Made by a program: the position numbers and the translations under genes. Shown here in pieces: positions 17,963 to 26,413 of a stretch of DNA of 64,000 bases. How positions within the stretch are numbered: position 1 is the stretch's first letter; each line of letters opens with the position of its first letter. The stretch covers positions 160,001 through 224,000 of the forward strand of contig CAVZJB010000006.1 of NCBI GenBank assembly GCA_963775425.1. The letters are read 5' to 3'. Origin of the DNA: an uncultured delta proteobacterium (lineage in GTDB: Bacteria > Myxococcota > UBA727 > VGSZ01). The notes below the pieces were generated by a model. It was not told the DNA's origin. It did no database searches and saw nothing but the letters and a program-made list of their open reading frames with translations.

Positions 17963-19381
17963 ATGGCCACGCGAAAAGAGGGTCCGCGGCTCGGCGCCAA
18001 GGTGCGCCAGCTCCGGCGGCGCGAGGGGCTGACCCAGCACCAGCTCGCCGAACGGCTCGGCGTCTCGCCGGCCTACCTGAACCTGATCGAGAACAACCGC
18101 CGGCCGCTGCCCGCGCACCTGCTGATCCAATTGGCCCAGTCGTTCAAGCTGGATCTAGCGACGTTCGCCGCGGACGATGAAGCGCAGCTCCAGTCGGATC
18201 TGCTCGAGGTCTTTGGTGACCCGCTGTTCGACGGCGCCGAGATCACGGCCGCCGAGGTCCGCGAAATGGCCGCTTCGCAGCCCGGGCCCGCCCGCGCCGT
18301 GCTCGCCCTCTATCGGGCGTACCAGAGCGCGCGCGGGCAGGAGGGCGGCCCCGTCGTCGAGGGACCCGCCAGCGACGTGCCGTCGGAAGAGGTGAGCGAT
18401 CTGCTGCAGCGGCACATGAACTACTTCCCCGAGCTCGAGGAGCTCGCCGAGAGCGTGCGCAAGGAAGGCCGCATCGCCGACGACGACCTCACGCGGTGTC
18501 TGGTGCGCTACCTCGAGGACAAGCACGGCGTGACGGTGGAGGTGGTGCGCGCGTCCAAGGGCCAGCGCGTGCTGCGCAGCTTCGATCCGGCCACCAAGCA
18601 CCTGGCGCTGTCCGAGCTGTTGCCGCCGCGCTCCCGCAACTTCCAGCTCGCGCACCAGATCTGCCTGCTCACCGGCTCCAGCTTCCTGGACCGCGTCACG
18701 CGCGACGACATCCTCACCTCCGCCGAGGCGCGCTCGCTCGGGCGCGTGGCGCTCGCCAACTACTTCGCCGGCGCCATGCTCATGCCCTACGAGCCGTTCT
18801 TCGAGGCGGCCGAGGCCTTGCGCTACGACATCGAGCTGCTCGGGCACCGCTTCCGCACCAGCTTCGAGCAGGTCTGCCACCGCGTGACCACGCTCAGGCG
18901 GCCCGGGATGCTCGGCGTTCCGTTCCACCTCATCCGCGTCGACATCGCCGGCAACATCAGCAAGCGCTTCTCCGGCTCCGGCATCCGCTTCGCCCGCTTC
19001 GCCGGCGCGTGCCCGCGCTGGAACGTGTTCACCGCGTTCCTCACGCCCGGGATGATCAAGACCCAGGTGTCCGAGATGGCCGACGGCGCCAGGTACTTCT
19101 GCATCTCGTCGACGGTGAGCAAGAGCAGCATCGGCTACGGGTCGCAGCACAGCCCGCTCGCCCTCGGCCTCGGCTGTCGCGTGGAGCACGCCAAGCGCCT
19201 CGTGTACGCAGACGGCGTCGACCTCGAGCACAGTGTCCCCGTCGGCGTCACCTGCCGCCTGTGCGACCGCGCCGACTGCACCGAGCGCGCGTTCCCTGCC
19301 GTGAAGGCCCCGCTCCACGTCGACGAGAACGTGCGCGGCGTGAGCTTCTACGCCACCAGCCCGCTCCCCATCGTGTCGTGA
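17963..19381 (+). CDS. ramB: Short-chain fatty acyl-CoA regulator (ScfR; RamB/PrpR-like XRE family)
   Basis: XRE HTH (YLNLIENNRRP), LANYFAGA.LMPY, RVDIAGNISKRFS, GACPRW, C-terminal CRLCDR..C..RAFP; divergent from aceBA. Confidence 0.9.
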   Translation: MATRKEGPRLGAKVRQLRRREGLTQHQLAERLGVSPAYLNLIENNRRPLPAHLLIQLAQSFKLDLATFAADDEAQLQSDLLEVFGDPLFDGAEITAAEVREMAASQPGPARAVLALYRAYQSARGQEGGPVVEGPASDVPSEEVSDLLQRHMNYFPELEELAESVRKEGRIADDDLTRCLVRYLEDKHGVTVEVVRASKGQRVLRSFDPATKHLALSELLPPRSRNFQLAHQICLLTGSSFLDRVTRDDILTSAEARSLGRVALANYFAGAMLMPYEPFFEAAEALRYDIELLGHRFRTSFEQVCHRVTTLRRPGMLGVPFHLIRVDIAGNISKRFSGSGIRFARFAGACPRWNVFTAFLTPGMIKTQVSEMADGARYFCISSTVSKSSIGYGSQHSPLALGLGCRVEHAKRLVYADGVDLEHSVPVGVTCRLCDRADCTERAFPAVKAPLHVDENVRGVSFYATSPLPIVS

Positions 19382-19426
19382 GCTGAGCCCGTCACGCTCG
19401 TGGGCCCGTCGTGCTCGCGTCGCCTA

Positions 19427-19466
19427 TTGCTTCAGGGAAGATGAAATGTTCTGTTCACCGGAACAG
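19427..19466. promoter_or_regulatory. Candidate MarR operator palindromes
   Basis: TTCA-N7-TGAA (19431-19445) and CTGTTC-N4-GAACAG (19451-19466) upstream of marR. Confidence 0.45.
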
Positions 19467-19480
19467 TCGGGAGGATCTGC

Positions 19481-19936
19481 ATGACCAGCAAGGCCGCGGT
19501 GGACGACCTCGGCACCATCCTTCGGTGCATCAAGGCCGTCGCGTTCAAGCAGAGCGACGAGGCCTGGGCGTCGCTCGACCTCACCATGGCGCAGCTCAAG
19601 GCCTTCATGCTCATCGTCCACAGCGGCGGCATCACGAGCAGCGCGCTCGCGGACAAGATGCGCGTGAGCCCATCGGCGGTGACGCCCGTCGTCGACAAGC
19701 TGGTCGCCCACGAGCTCGCGCGCCGCGAGGACGATCCCGGCGACCGCCGCGTGCACTGGGTGCGGCCCACGCCCGCCGCGCTCGCGCAGCACGAGCGCCT
19801 CCTCGCCAGCGGCCGCGCGCTGCATGCCCGCATCCTCGGCGCCGTGCCCGCCGACAAGGCGGCCGCCGTCCAGGAAGCCCTCGCCGTCCTCGTCGACGCC
19901 GCGCGCGCCGTGAAGGAACAGGAGACCGCATCATGA
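19481..19936 (+). CDS. MarR family regulator
   Basis: LTMAQL...VDKLV...RREDDPGDRRV; GGAGG RBS. Confidence 0.92.
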   Translation: MTSKAAVDDLGTILRCIKAVAFKQSDEAWASLDLTMAQLKAFMLIVHSGGITSSALADKMRVSPSAVTPVVDKLVAHELARREDDPGDRRVHWVRPTPAALAQHERLLASGRALHARILGAVPADKAAAVQEALAVLVDAARAVKEQETAS

Positions 19937-21591
19937 GCCCGCACTCCGCGGCCCCCGCCCCGAGCGCCGCCGCGCCGCCGCCGCCGGCGCCTGCCGCTGC
20001 GCCACAGCTCGACGACGAGATCCCCCGCGCCACGATGCTTGCCACCATGGCCGGCATCATCGCCGCCATGCTCCTCGGCGCGCTCGACAACACCATCGTC
20101 GGCACCGCGATGCCCAAGGTCATCGCCGAGCTGCACGGCTTCGAGCACTACGCCGCCGTCACCACCATCTACATGCTCGCGTCCACGGTGGTCGTGCCCA
20201 TCGCCGGCAAGCTGTCCGACCTCTTCGGCCGAAAGCCGTTCCTGTTGGTCGGCGTCGGCGTGTTCGTCGTCGGCAGCATGCTCTGCGGCCAGGCCACGAG
20301 CATGAACCAGCTCATCGCGTTTCGCGGGTTGCAGGGCATCGGCGCGGGCTTCTCGCAGTCCATGGCCTTCGTCACCATCGCCGACCTCTTCCCGCCCGCC
20401 CGCCGCGGCCGCGTCAGCGGGATCATGGGCTCGGTCTTCGGCCTCGCCAGCGTCGTCGGCCCCTCCGTCGGCGGCTTCCTCACCGACGGCCCCGGCTGGC
20501 GTTGGTGCTTCTATGTGAACGTGCCCATCGGCGTCATCGCCTTCGCCATCCTCCTGTTCGCCTTCCCGCGTTTGTCGCGCGACGGGAGCAAGCGCCCCTC
20601 CATCGATTACCTCGGCGCCGTCACGCTCATCCTCGGCGTGGTGCCCATCCTGCTCGGGCTGTCCTGGGCGGGCCGCGACTACGCGTGGACCTCACCCACG
20701 ATCCTCGCGCTCCTCGGCGGCGGCACCGCCGTGATGATCGCGTTCTTCTTCATCGAGACCCGCGCCAAGGAGGCCATCCTGCCGCCGAGGCTGTTGAAGA
20801 ACCGCATCGTGTGGACGTCGGCGACGGCGGCCACGCTCATCTCCATGGGCATGTTCGGCACGGCGCTGTTCATCCCGCTGTTCATCCAGGCGGTGGTCGG
20901 CACGTCGGCCACCAAGAGCGGCGCCGTGGTGACGCCGATGATGTTCGCGATGATCATCTCGAGCGTCACCGCAGGCCAGCTCATGCAGCGCATGGGCCGC
21001 TACAAGGTCATCGCCATCGTGGGCGTCACCATCACTGCCGGCGCGCTGTTCCTGCTGTCGCGCATGACCGTGGACACCTCGTACTCCACCGTGCTCTTCA
21101 ACATGATCGTCCTCGGCGTGGGCCTCGGCGCCACCATGCCCGTCTACAACCTCGCCGTGCAAAACGCCGTCGACATCAAGCAGGTGGGGGTGGCCACGTC
21201 GTCGCTGCAGTTCATGCGCTCCATGGGCGGCTCGTTGGGGGCCGCGTTCTTCGGCGCCGTTCTCACCAACCGCTTCGGCCCCGCGCTCAAGGAGGCGTTG
21301 CCCGCGCAGGCGGCGGCGGCGCTGCCGCCGGGGATGCTCGACAAGCTCACCAACCCGCAGAGCCTGATGAACCCCCAGTTCCAGGCGCAGATGAAGAGCG
21401 GCGGCGCCGCCATGATGGAGCGGATGGCGCCCGTGCTGCACGCGGTGAAGGCGGCGCTGGCGTCGTCGCTGTCGGACGTGTTCCTGATGGGCTGCGTGCT
21501 CGTGACGGCCGGCATCGCTGTGACCTTGCTGATGCGCGACGCGCCGCTGCGGAAGAGCAACCGCATGCCCGCCGAGGTGCCCGCGGCATGA
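19933..21591 (+). CDS. DHA2 (EmrB/QacA-type) MFS efflux transporter
   Basis: LDNTIVGTAMP, GKLSDLFGRK and WRWCFYVNVPIG motifs; ATGA-coupled to marR. Confidence 0.93.
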   Translation: MSPHSAAPAPSAAAPPPPAPAAAPQLDDEIPRATMLATMAGIIAAMLLGALDNTIVGTAMPKVIAELHGFEHYAAVTTIYMLASTVVVPIAGKLSDLFGRKPFLLVGVGVFVVGSMLCGQATSMNQLIAFRGLQGIGAGFSQSMAFVTIADLFPPARRGRVSGIMGSVFGLASVVGPSVGGFLTDGPGWRWCFYVNVPIGVIAFAILLFAFPRLSRDGSKRPSIDYLGAVTLILGVVPILLGLSWAGRDYAWTSPTILALLGGGTAVMIAFFFIETRAKEAILPPRLLKNRIVWTSATAATLISMGMFGTALFIPLFIQAVVGTSATKSGAVVTPMMFAMIISSVTAGQLMQRMGRYKVIAIVGVTITAGALFLLSRMTVDTSYSTVLFNMIVLGVGLGATMPVYNLAVQNAVDIKQVGVATSSLQFMRSMGGSLGAAFFGAVLTNRFGPALKEALPAQAAAALPPGMLDKLTNPQSLMNPQFQAQMKSGGAAMMERMAPVLHAVKAALASSLSDVFLMGCVLVTAGIAVTLLMRDAPLRKSNRMPAEVPAA

Positions 21592-22214
21592 CGGAGCTCG
21601 GCCGCTCCGGGGCGGCTCCGGCGCTCGCGTGCCTGTTCGACGAGGACCGCGTCGTCGTCGTCGACAAGCCCGCGGGCCTCACATCGGAGGACGCGGCGCG
21701 CACCGTCGGGCGCAAGCTCGTGCACCGCATCGACAAGGCGACCTCGGGGTTGCTGCTGCTCGCGGTCGACGCCCGCACGGTGCAGCGGCTGCAGCGCGCG
21801 CTGCGGGAGGGTCGCGTCGAACGCACCTATCTCTTCATCGCCCACGGGCGCGTCGGCGACGGCGTCGTCCAAAGCGAGCTCGTGCGCGACCGCGGAGACG
21901 GCCGGCGCGGCAGCGGCCCCGGTGGCAAGCGCGCCGTCACCCGGCTGCGGGCGCTGTCGTACCTCGACGGCGGCGCGGGCGTCGTCACCCGCGGCGAAGC
22001 GCAGTTGGTGACGGGCCGCACGCATCAGGTGCGCATCCACCTCGCCGAGGGCGGTCACCCCATCCTCGGTGAGCGGGTGTACGCCGCGTACGACGGCGCG
22101 CCGCGCCTGATGCTGCACGCCCATCGGCTGTGCTTCGTTCACCCGGGCACCAAGGCCGTCGTCGAGGTCGCGAGCCCGGCGCCGGCGGCGTTCGGCGCGT
22201 TCGCCGGCGCCTGA
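21588..22214 (+). CDS. RluA-family pseudouridine synthase (no S4 domain)
   Basis: VVDKPAGL, VHRIDKATSG, TGRTHQVRIH and LMLHA motifs; ATGA-coupled. Confidence 0.9.
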   Translation: MTELGRSGAAPALACLFDEDRVVVVDKPAGLTSEDAARTVGRKLVHRIDKATSGLLLLAVDARTVQRLQRALREGRVERTYLFIAHGRVGDGVVQSELVRDRGDGRRGSGPGGKRAVTRLRALSYLDGGAGVVTRGEAQLVTGRTHQVRIHLAEGGHPILGERVYAAYDGAPRLMLHAHRLCFVHPGTKAVVEVASPAPAAFGAFAGA

Positions 22215-22254
22215 CGACCTCCGCACCACCCTTCGCGGGCTGCTACGATGGCGC

Positions 22255-22911
22255 ATGCGCTTCGCCCGCCTCTGGTCGCGCGCCGGCGCCGCCCTCTACC
22301 TTGCGCTCGCCGTCGTCCCGCTCCTGCGCGTCGTCGACGGCGCCACCGGCACCGACGGCTGGTCTCCGCTCGACGGCGGGTCCTTCTTCGACGAGGCGCG
22401 GGCCGGCGTGCTGTGGCCGGTGTGGCTGTCGCTCTGGGGCGCGGCGCTGCTGTTTTGGTGGGTGGGCGCGCCGGTGCTCGCGGGCGCCGCCGGCGGCTCG
22501 CGGCTCCGCGCGTTGTCTCGCGTGATCCTCCCGGGCTTTGCGGCCGGCGGCGCCGTCGCCGTCGTCGACGACGCGCTCACCGCGCACGCGCCCGTCCTCG
22601 GCGAGCGCGTCGACGCGGAGCGCGCCCGCCAGCGCCGCCTCGGTCGCGCCGTGGTCACCGGCGGCTTCCTCACCGTCCCGCTGTTCTGCCTGCTGCCCAT
22701 CGTCGCCATCGCCGCGGTCGGCCGCGCCTTCACCGACGGCGACGCGGGCTTTGTCCCGCGCTTCGTCTACCTCGGCGCGATGTTCCTGCCGCTCTCTGTG
22801 GCGCCCGCCGTCCGCGTGATCCAGTTGCGCGCCCTCGCTCGTGTCCTCGAGGACGTCGACGTCCGCAACGACCCCGTCCGCGCCTCCGCGGCGGAGCCGG
22901 TCGGCGGATGA
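22255..22911 (+). CDS. Hypothetical membrane protein
   Basis: Several hydrophobic segments; normal codon usage. Confidence 0.55.
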   Translation: MRFARLWSRAGAALYLALAVVPLLRVVDGATGTDGWSPLDGGSFFDEARAGVLWPVWLSLWGAALLFWWVGAPVLAGAAGGSRLRALSRVILPGFAAGGAVAVVDDALTAHAPVLGERVDAERARQRRLGRAVVTGGFLTVPLFCLLPIVAIAAVGRAFTDGDAGFVPRFVYLGAMFLPLSVAPAVRVIQLRALARVLEDVDVRNDPVRASAAEPVGG

Positions 22912-22935
22912 CGGAGACGATGCTACACGCACGGC

Positions 22936-23244
22936 GTGGCCCGGCCCTCGCTCCTGATCTGCACCAAGTGTGACGGCGGCGACGCGCTGTACGAGCGCAC
23001 ACGCAACCTGCGCAAGCAACGCGAGCTGAAAGAGGTGTTCAAGGTCGAGGAGGTGCGCTGCCTCTCGCTGTGCGATGCACCGTGCGCCGTGCAGCTCGAG
23101 GGCAAGAAGCGGTCGACGGTGTCGCGCACCGCCCTCGACGCGCGCGACGCCGAGCGCCTCGTCGACGTCGCGTCCGCCTTCGCCGCGCTGCGGCCCGGCG
23201 AGGATCTGCCCGAGCGGGCGCTCCCCGGCGAGCACGCGGACTAG
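22936..23244 (+). CDS. DUF1636-like Cys-rich thioredoxin-fold metal-binding protein
   Basis: ICTKC...VRCLSLCDAPCAV pattern. Confidence 0.75.
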   Translation: MARPSLLICTKCDGGDALYERTRNLRKQRELKEVFKVEEVRCLSLCDAPCAVQLEGKKRSTVSRTALDARDAERLVDVASAFAALRPGEDLPERALPGEHAD

Positions 23245-23332
23245 AGAGTTGAACCGCAAAAACAAGTGGGTCGGCCAAGCACTCGGCGCGAAGCGCCGCC
23301 CGCACGTCGTCGATGCGCATGAAGCGGCGGGC

Positions 23333-23743
23333 GTGCCGGCACGCGCGCCAGGCCCGTCGCCGGTGCGCTGACACCGAGACGTCCGGACGCGGAATTTGGA
23401 GTGGTGTCGCTGTGGCGGCTTCGTGGCGATGTGCAGGGCTCTCGTGCGCACCGGCGACGGGACCCGGCGCGGGCTCTGCTACGCCGCGCGGCGGAGCTTG
23501 GCGATCTCTTGCAGGTTGATCACGTCCGCGGCGCGGTCCAGGTCGAGCTCGTTGTTGCGCACGCCCTTGTCACGGGCGCGACCGCCCTGCACGGCGTCGA
23601 CGCGAGGGAGCTTGTGCTCCACGACGGTGCGCACGAGAGCCCTCCACACCGCTGCGAAGTCGCCACAGCGACACCGCTCCATCTTCCGCTTCGACGTCTC
23701 GGTGTCAGCGCACCGGCGGCGGGACCACCGCGCGTGCCGGCAC
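23333..23743. repeat. ~120-bp inverted repeat (23333-23453 versus 23625-23743)
   Basis: Shared blocks GTGCCGGCACGCGCG, CGCCGGTGCGCTGACACCGAGACGTC, GGTGTCGCTGTGGCG and AGGGCTCTCGTGCGCACCG. Confidence 0.93.
23479..23631 (-). pseudogene. Transposase C-terminal remnant (IS1182/IS5-like DDE)
   Basis: RTVVEHKLPRV..VQGGRARDKGVRNNELDLDRAADVINLQ resembles the RxxVEH...RARYxGxRKNxFDL..AAxxxNL tail. Confidence 0.6.
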
Positions 23744-23772
23744 TGACCCTGTCCGCTATGCGGATCACTTCT

Positions 23773-24441
23773 CTAGTCGCCGCCCCGAAGCGCGGACCGC
23801 AGCAGGCGGCACAGCGCCTCGATCTCCTCGCGTTGCAGCGGGGCGGACAGGCAAACGCTGCCAAGCCCGCGGGTGTCGACGATGCGGTTTGCGGCGTCGC
23901 CCTCGACGCCGCGGCCGTTCACGAACACGCACGCGGGCCCGCGCTCGTCTTGTTCGCGGAGGTAGAGCCGCAGCTCACCCTCGACGCGCGCGATCACTCG
24001 GCAGCTCGCGAGCAGCTCGTCCACCGCGCGGCGACGGCCAAGCCACGGCGCCGTCGCTGCCGCGACCATCTCGTCGACGACCTGCGGCGCGAGCATCGCC
24101 ACCACGTCGTCGTCGGCAGCGGCGCGGGGCACCAGCGTGTCGAGGAAGGCCATGACATCGTCGGGCTCGAAGTCGTCGTCGACGCTGACGCCGCCGACGT
24201 CTCGCTGCCGGATGACCGAGCCGAGGCGGGCGAGCGCGTCGGCGTCGAACGCGACGAACGAGTCGTTGAGCACCGCGGCCTCGGGGACGACCATCAAAGA
24301 CATCCTGCCATCGCGCCGCCTGATGGCGCGAATGGCCTCGCCCACCGCCTCGATGTGCCTCTCTCGCGCGGCGGGCTCGTCGAGGAAGTCGACGAGGGCC
24401 TGCAACAAGGCCGACGCGAGCGGGTCTTCGACGGCGACCAT
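23773..24441 (-). CDS. Hypothetical protein
   Basis: Protein-like ORF; RDVGGVSV...DVMAFL resembles a domain found ahead of HD-GYP/HEAT domains in deltaproteobacteria (from recall). Confidence 0.6.
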   Translation of the reverse strand: MVAVEDPLASALLQALVDFLDEPAARERHIEAVGEAIRAIRRRDGRMSLMVVPEAAVLNDSFVAFDADALARLGSVIRQRDVGGVSVDDDFEPDDVMAFLDTLVPRAAADDDVVAMLAPQVVDEMVAAATAPWLGRRRAVDELLASCRVIARVEGELRLYLREQDERGPACVFVNGRGVEGDAANRIVDTRGLGSVCLSAPLQREEIEALCRLLRSALRGGD

Positions 24442-24592
24442 CGCCGGATTGTACCGACCCGGGGCGTTCGCGGGTCGACGCGGTGCGGTGCGATGCGCGA
24501 CACGGTTCCACCGCGCCTCGTGGTCGCGCTACACGGTTCTTCACGAAACCGAGCGAGAGCAGCGTCATCTCGTGAAGCAGGAGGGCATCACC

Positions 24593-25501
24593 ATGTCGAA
24601 GAAGGTCGCATTGGTCACCGGAGGGAACCGCGGGCTCGGCCTGCTCATGGCGCAGCGGCTCGCCGCCGCCGGCTTCCACGTCGTCATCGGGTCGCGGAAC
24701 GCGCAAAACGGCGCCGCCGCTGTCGAGAAGCTGAAGGCGCAGGTGCCGGGCGCCGAGGTGGAGGCGTTGCCGCTCGACGTGAGCTCGTTCGCGTCGCTGC
24801 GGGCGGCCGTCGACACGCTGCACCAGCGCGGACTCGCGCCCAGCTTGCTCGTCAACAACGCCGGCACCATGACGGTCGAGGGTGAGCCCTTGCACAAAAA
24901 CGAGCAGGGGATCGAGACCACGTTCGCGGCCAACCACCTCGGCGCCGCGCTGCTGTCGCTCCTGTTGCTCGAAGACCTGCGCAAGGCCGGGCCGTCGCGC
25001 ATCGTCAACATCGCGTCGCGCGCGCACATGGGCTTCCCGGGCATGGGCGGGCCCGCGGTGTTCGACTTCGACAACATCAACGGCGAGAAGGGCTTCGACG
25101 GGATGATGGCGTACAAGAACTCCAAGCTCGCGATGATCTGGTTCACCTACGAGCTCGCGCGGCGCTTGAAGGACAAATCGGTGACGGTGAACGCGGTCTG
25201 CCCGGGCTTCGTCCCCGAGACCGTTGGCGAGCACACCAAGGGCTTTCAACGTTTCCTGTTCAAGCACGTGCTCACGCACGTCCCCGGCGCGCACCCCGCG
25301 GCCGAGGCCGCCGACAACCTCGCCTTCGTCGCCCTCGACGACTCCCTCGCCGGCGTCACCGGCAAGTTCTACGGCGAGAAGCACCCCGTCGAGAGCTCGC
25401 CCGACTCGTACGACACCGACAAGCAGAAGCGCCTGTGGGACCTCACGTGGGGGCTCACCGGCGTCTCCGCCGACGAGCTCGCCCGCCTCGGCCTCGCGTG
25501 A
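24593..25501 (+). CDS. SDR oxidoreductase (retinol-dehydrogenase-like)
   Basis: VTGGNRGLG, LVNNAG, YKNSK and VNAVCPG motifs; GGAGG RBS. Confidence 0.93.
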   Translation: MSKKVALVTGGNRGLGLLMAQRLAAAGFHVVIGSRNAQNGAAAVEKLKAQVPGAEVEALPLDVSSFASLRAAVDTLHQRGLAPSLLVNNAGTMTVEGEPLHKNEQGIETTFAANHLGAALLSLLLLEDLRKAGPSRIVNIASRAHMGFPGMGGPAVFDFDNINGEKGFDGMMAYKNSKLAMIWFTYELARRLKDKSVTVNAVCPGFVPETVGEHTKGFQRFLFKHVLTHVPGAHPAAEAADNLAFVALDDSLAGVTGKFYGEKHPVESSPDSYDTDKQKRLWDLTWGLTGVSADELARLGLA

Positions 25502-26349
25502 GCGACGCGCTCGCCGCGGTCGCAGCCGAGACCGTCGCGCTGTGCACGGCGGGCTCGTATGTGTCGGCGTCCGGCGTCGTCGTCGACATCCGCGCCGTCG
25601 TCGACGCCGCCGTCGCCGGCACGCGGCTGTACCGCGACGACGAGCTGCGTGCGCTGGTGGCGGCGCGCGCCGCGCCGGCGCGGGTGGCGCGGGTGCGCTG
25701 CCTCGAGGAGCGCTCGGGCGCGTGCGCGGGCCGGCTCCTCGGCGAGGGGAGGCGGCGCGTGGCGGTGCTCAACTACGCCAACGGCGTGCGCCCCGGCGGG
25801 GGCTTCCTCGTCGGCGCGCGGGCGCAGGAGGAGGCGCTGTGCCGGTGCTCGGGGCTGTACGCCTGCCTCTCCGGCGCCGGGGCGCGCGCGTTCTACGACG
25901 ACAACCGCGCCGCGGGCTCCGCGCTCGTTCGCGGCCACGTGCTCGTGAGCCCCGCCGTCCCGTTCTTTCGCACGGAGGACCTCGCGCTGCTCGACGCGCC
26001 GTTCGTCGTCACGGTGCTGACGTGCGCCGCCCCGGACCTCGGCCGGCTGCGCGCCGCCATCGCCCGGGGCAAGGAGCCACCCGAGCGGCTCGACGAGGTG
26101 CCCGCGATCTTCGCGGAGCGCACCGGGATGGTGCTCGCCGCCGCGCGCGCCGCCGGCTGCGACGCCGTCGTCGCCGGGCCCTGGGGGTGCGGTGCCTTCG
26201 GCAACGATCCCGACGTCGTCGCAGGCGCGTTCGCCGCGGCCGTCGCCCGCCACGGCGACGCCTTCGACGACGTCGTCTTCGCGACCTGGGGCCCGCCGGA
26301 CAACCGCGCGGCGTTCGAGCGTCGCTTCGCTTCGGTCGGGCCGCACTGA
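25498..26349 (+). CDS. TIGR02452/DUF2263 bacterial-type PARG macrodomain protein
   Basis: VLNYAN..RPGGGFL.GARAQEEALCR.S.LY and GPWGCGAFGND motifs; GTGA-coupled. Confidence 0.88.
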   Translation: MSDALAAVAAETVALCTAGSYVSASGVVVDIRAVVDAAVAGTRLYRDDELRALVAARAAPARVARVRCLEERSGACAGRLLGEGRRRVAVLNYANGVRPGGGFLVGARAQEEALCRCSGLYACLSGAGARAFYDDNRAAGSALVRGHVLVSPAVPFFRTEDLALLDAPFVVTVLTCAAPDLGRLRAAIARGKEPPERLDEVPAIFAERTGMVLAAARAAGCDAVVAGPWGCGAFGNDPDVVAGAFAAAVARHGDAFDDVVFATWGPPDNRAAFERRFASVGPH

Positions 26350-26413
26350 ACGCCGGTGCGGTCGCTTCGGACCGGCAAGCGCCGCCGTGCGCGTCGTCGG
26401 CTACACTCGGCGC

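Larger units (their letters stand above)
23241..23776. mobile_element. MITE-like non-autonomous element with CTAG duplication
   Basis: CTAG at 23241-23244 and 23773-23776; ends CTAGAGAGTTGAACCGCA and revcomp CTAGAGAAGTGATCCGCA match 15/18; internal transposase remnant. Confidence 0.7.

Noticed and set aside
23333-23743. Integron attC sites
   Set aside because: No RYYYAAC/GTTRRRY core ends bounding the hairpins, and no integrase or cassette array.
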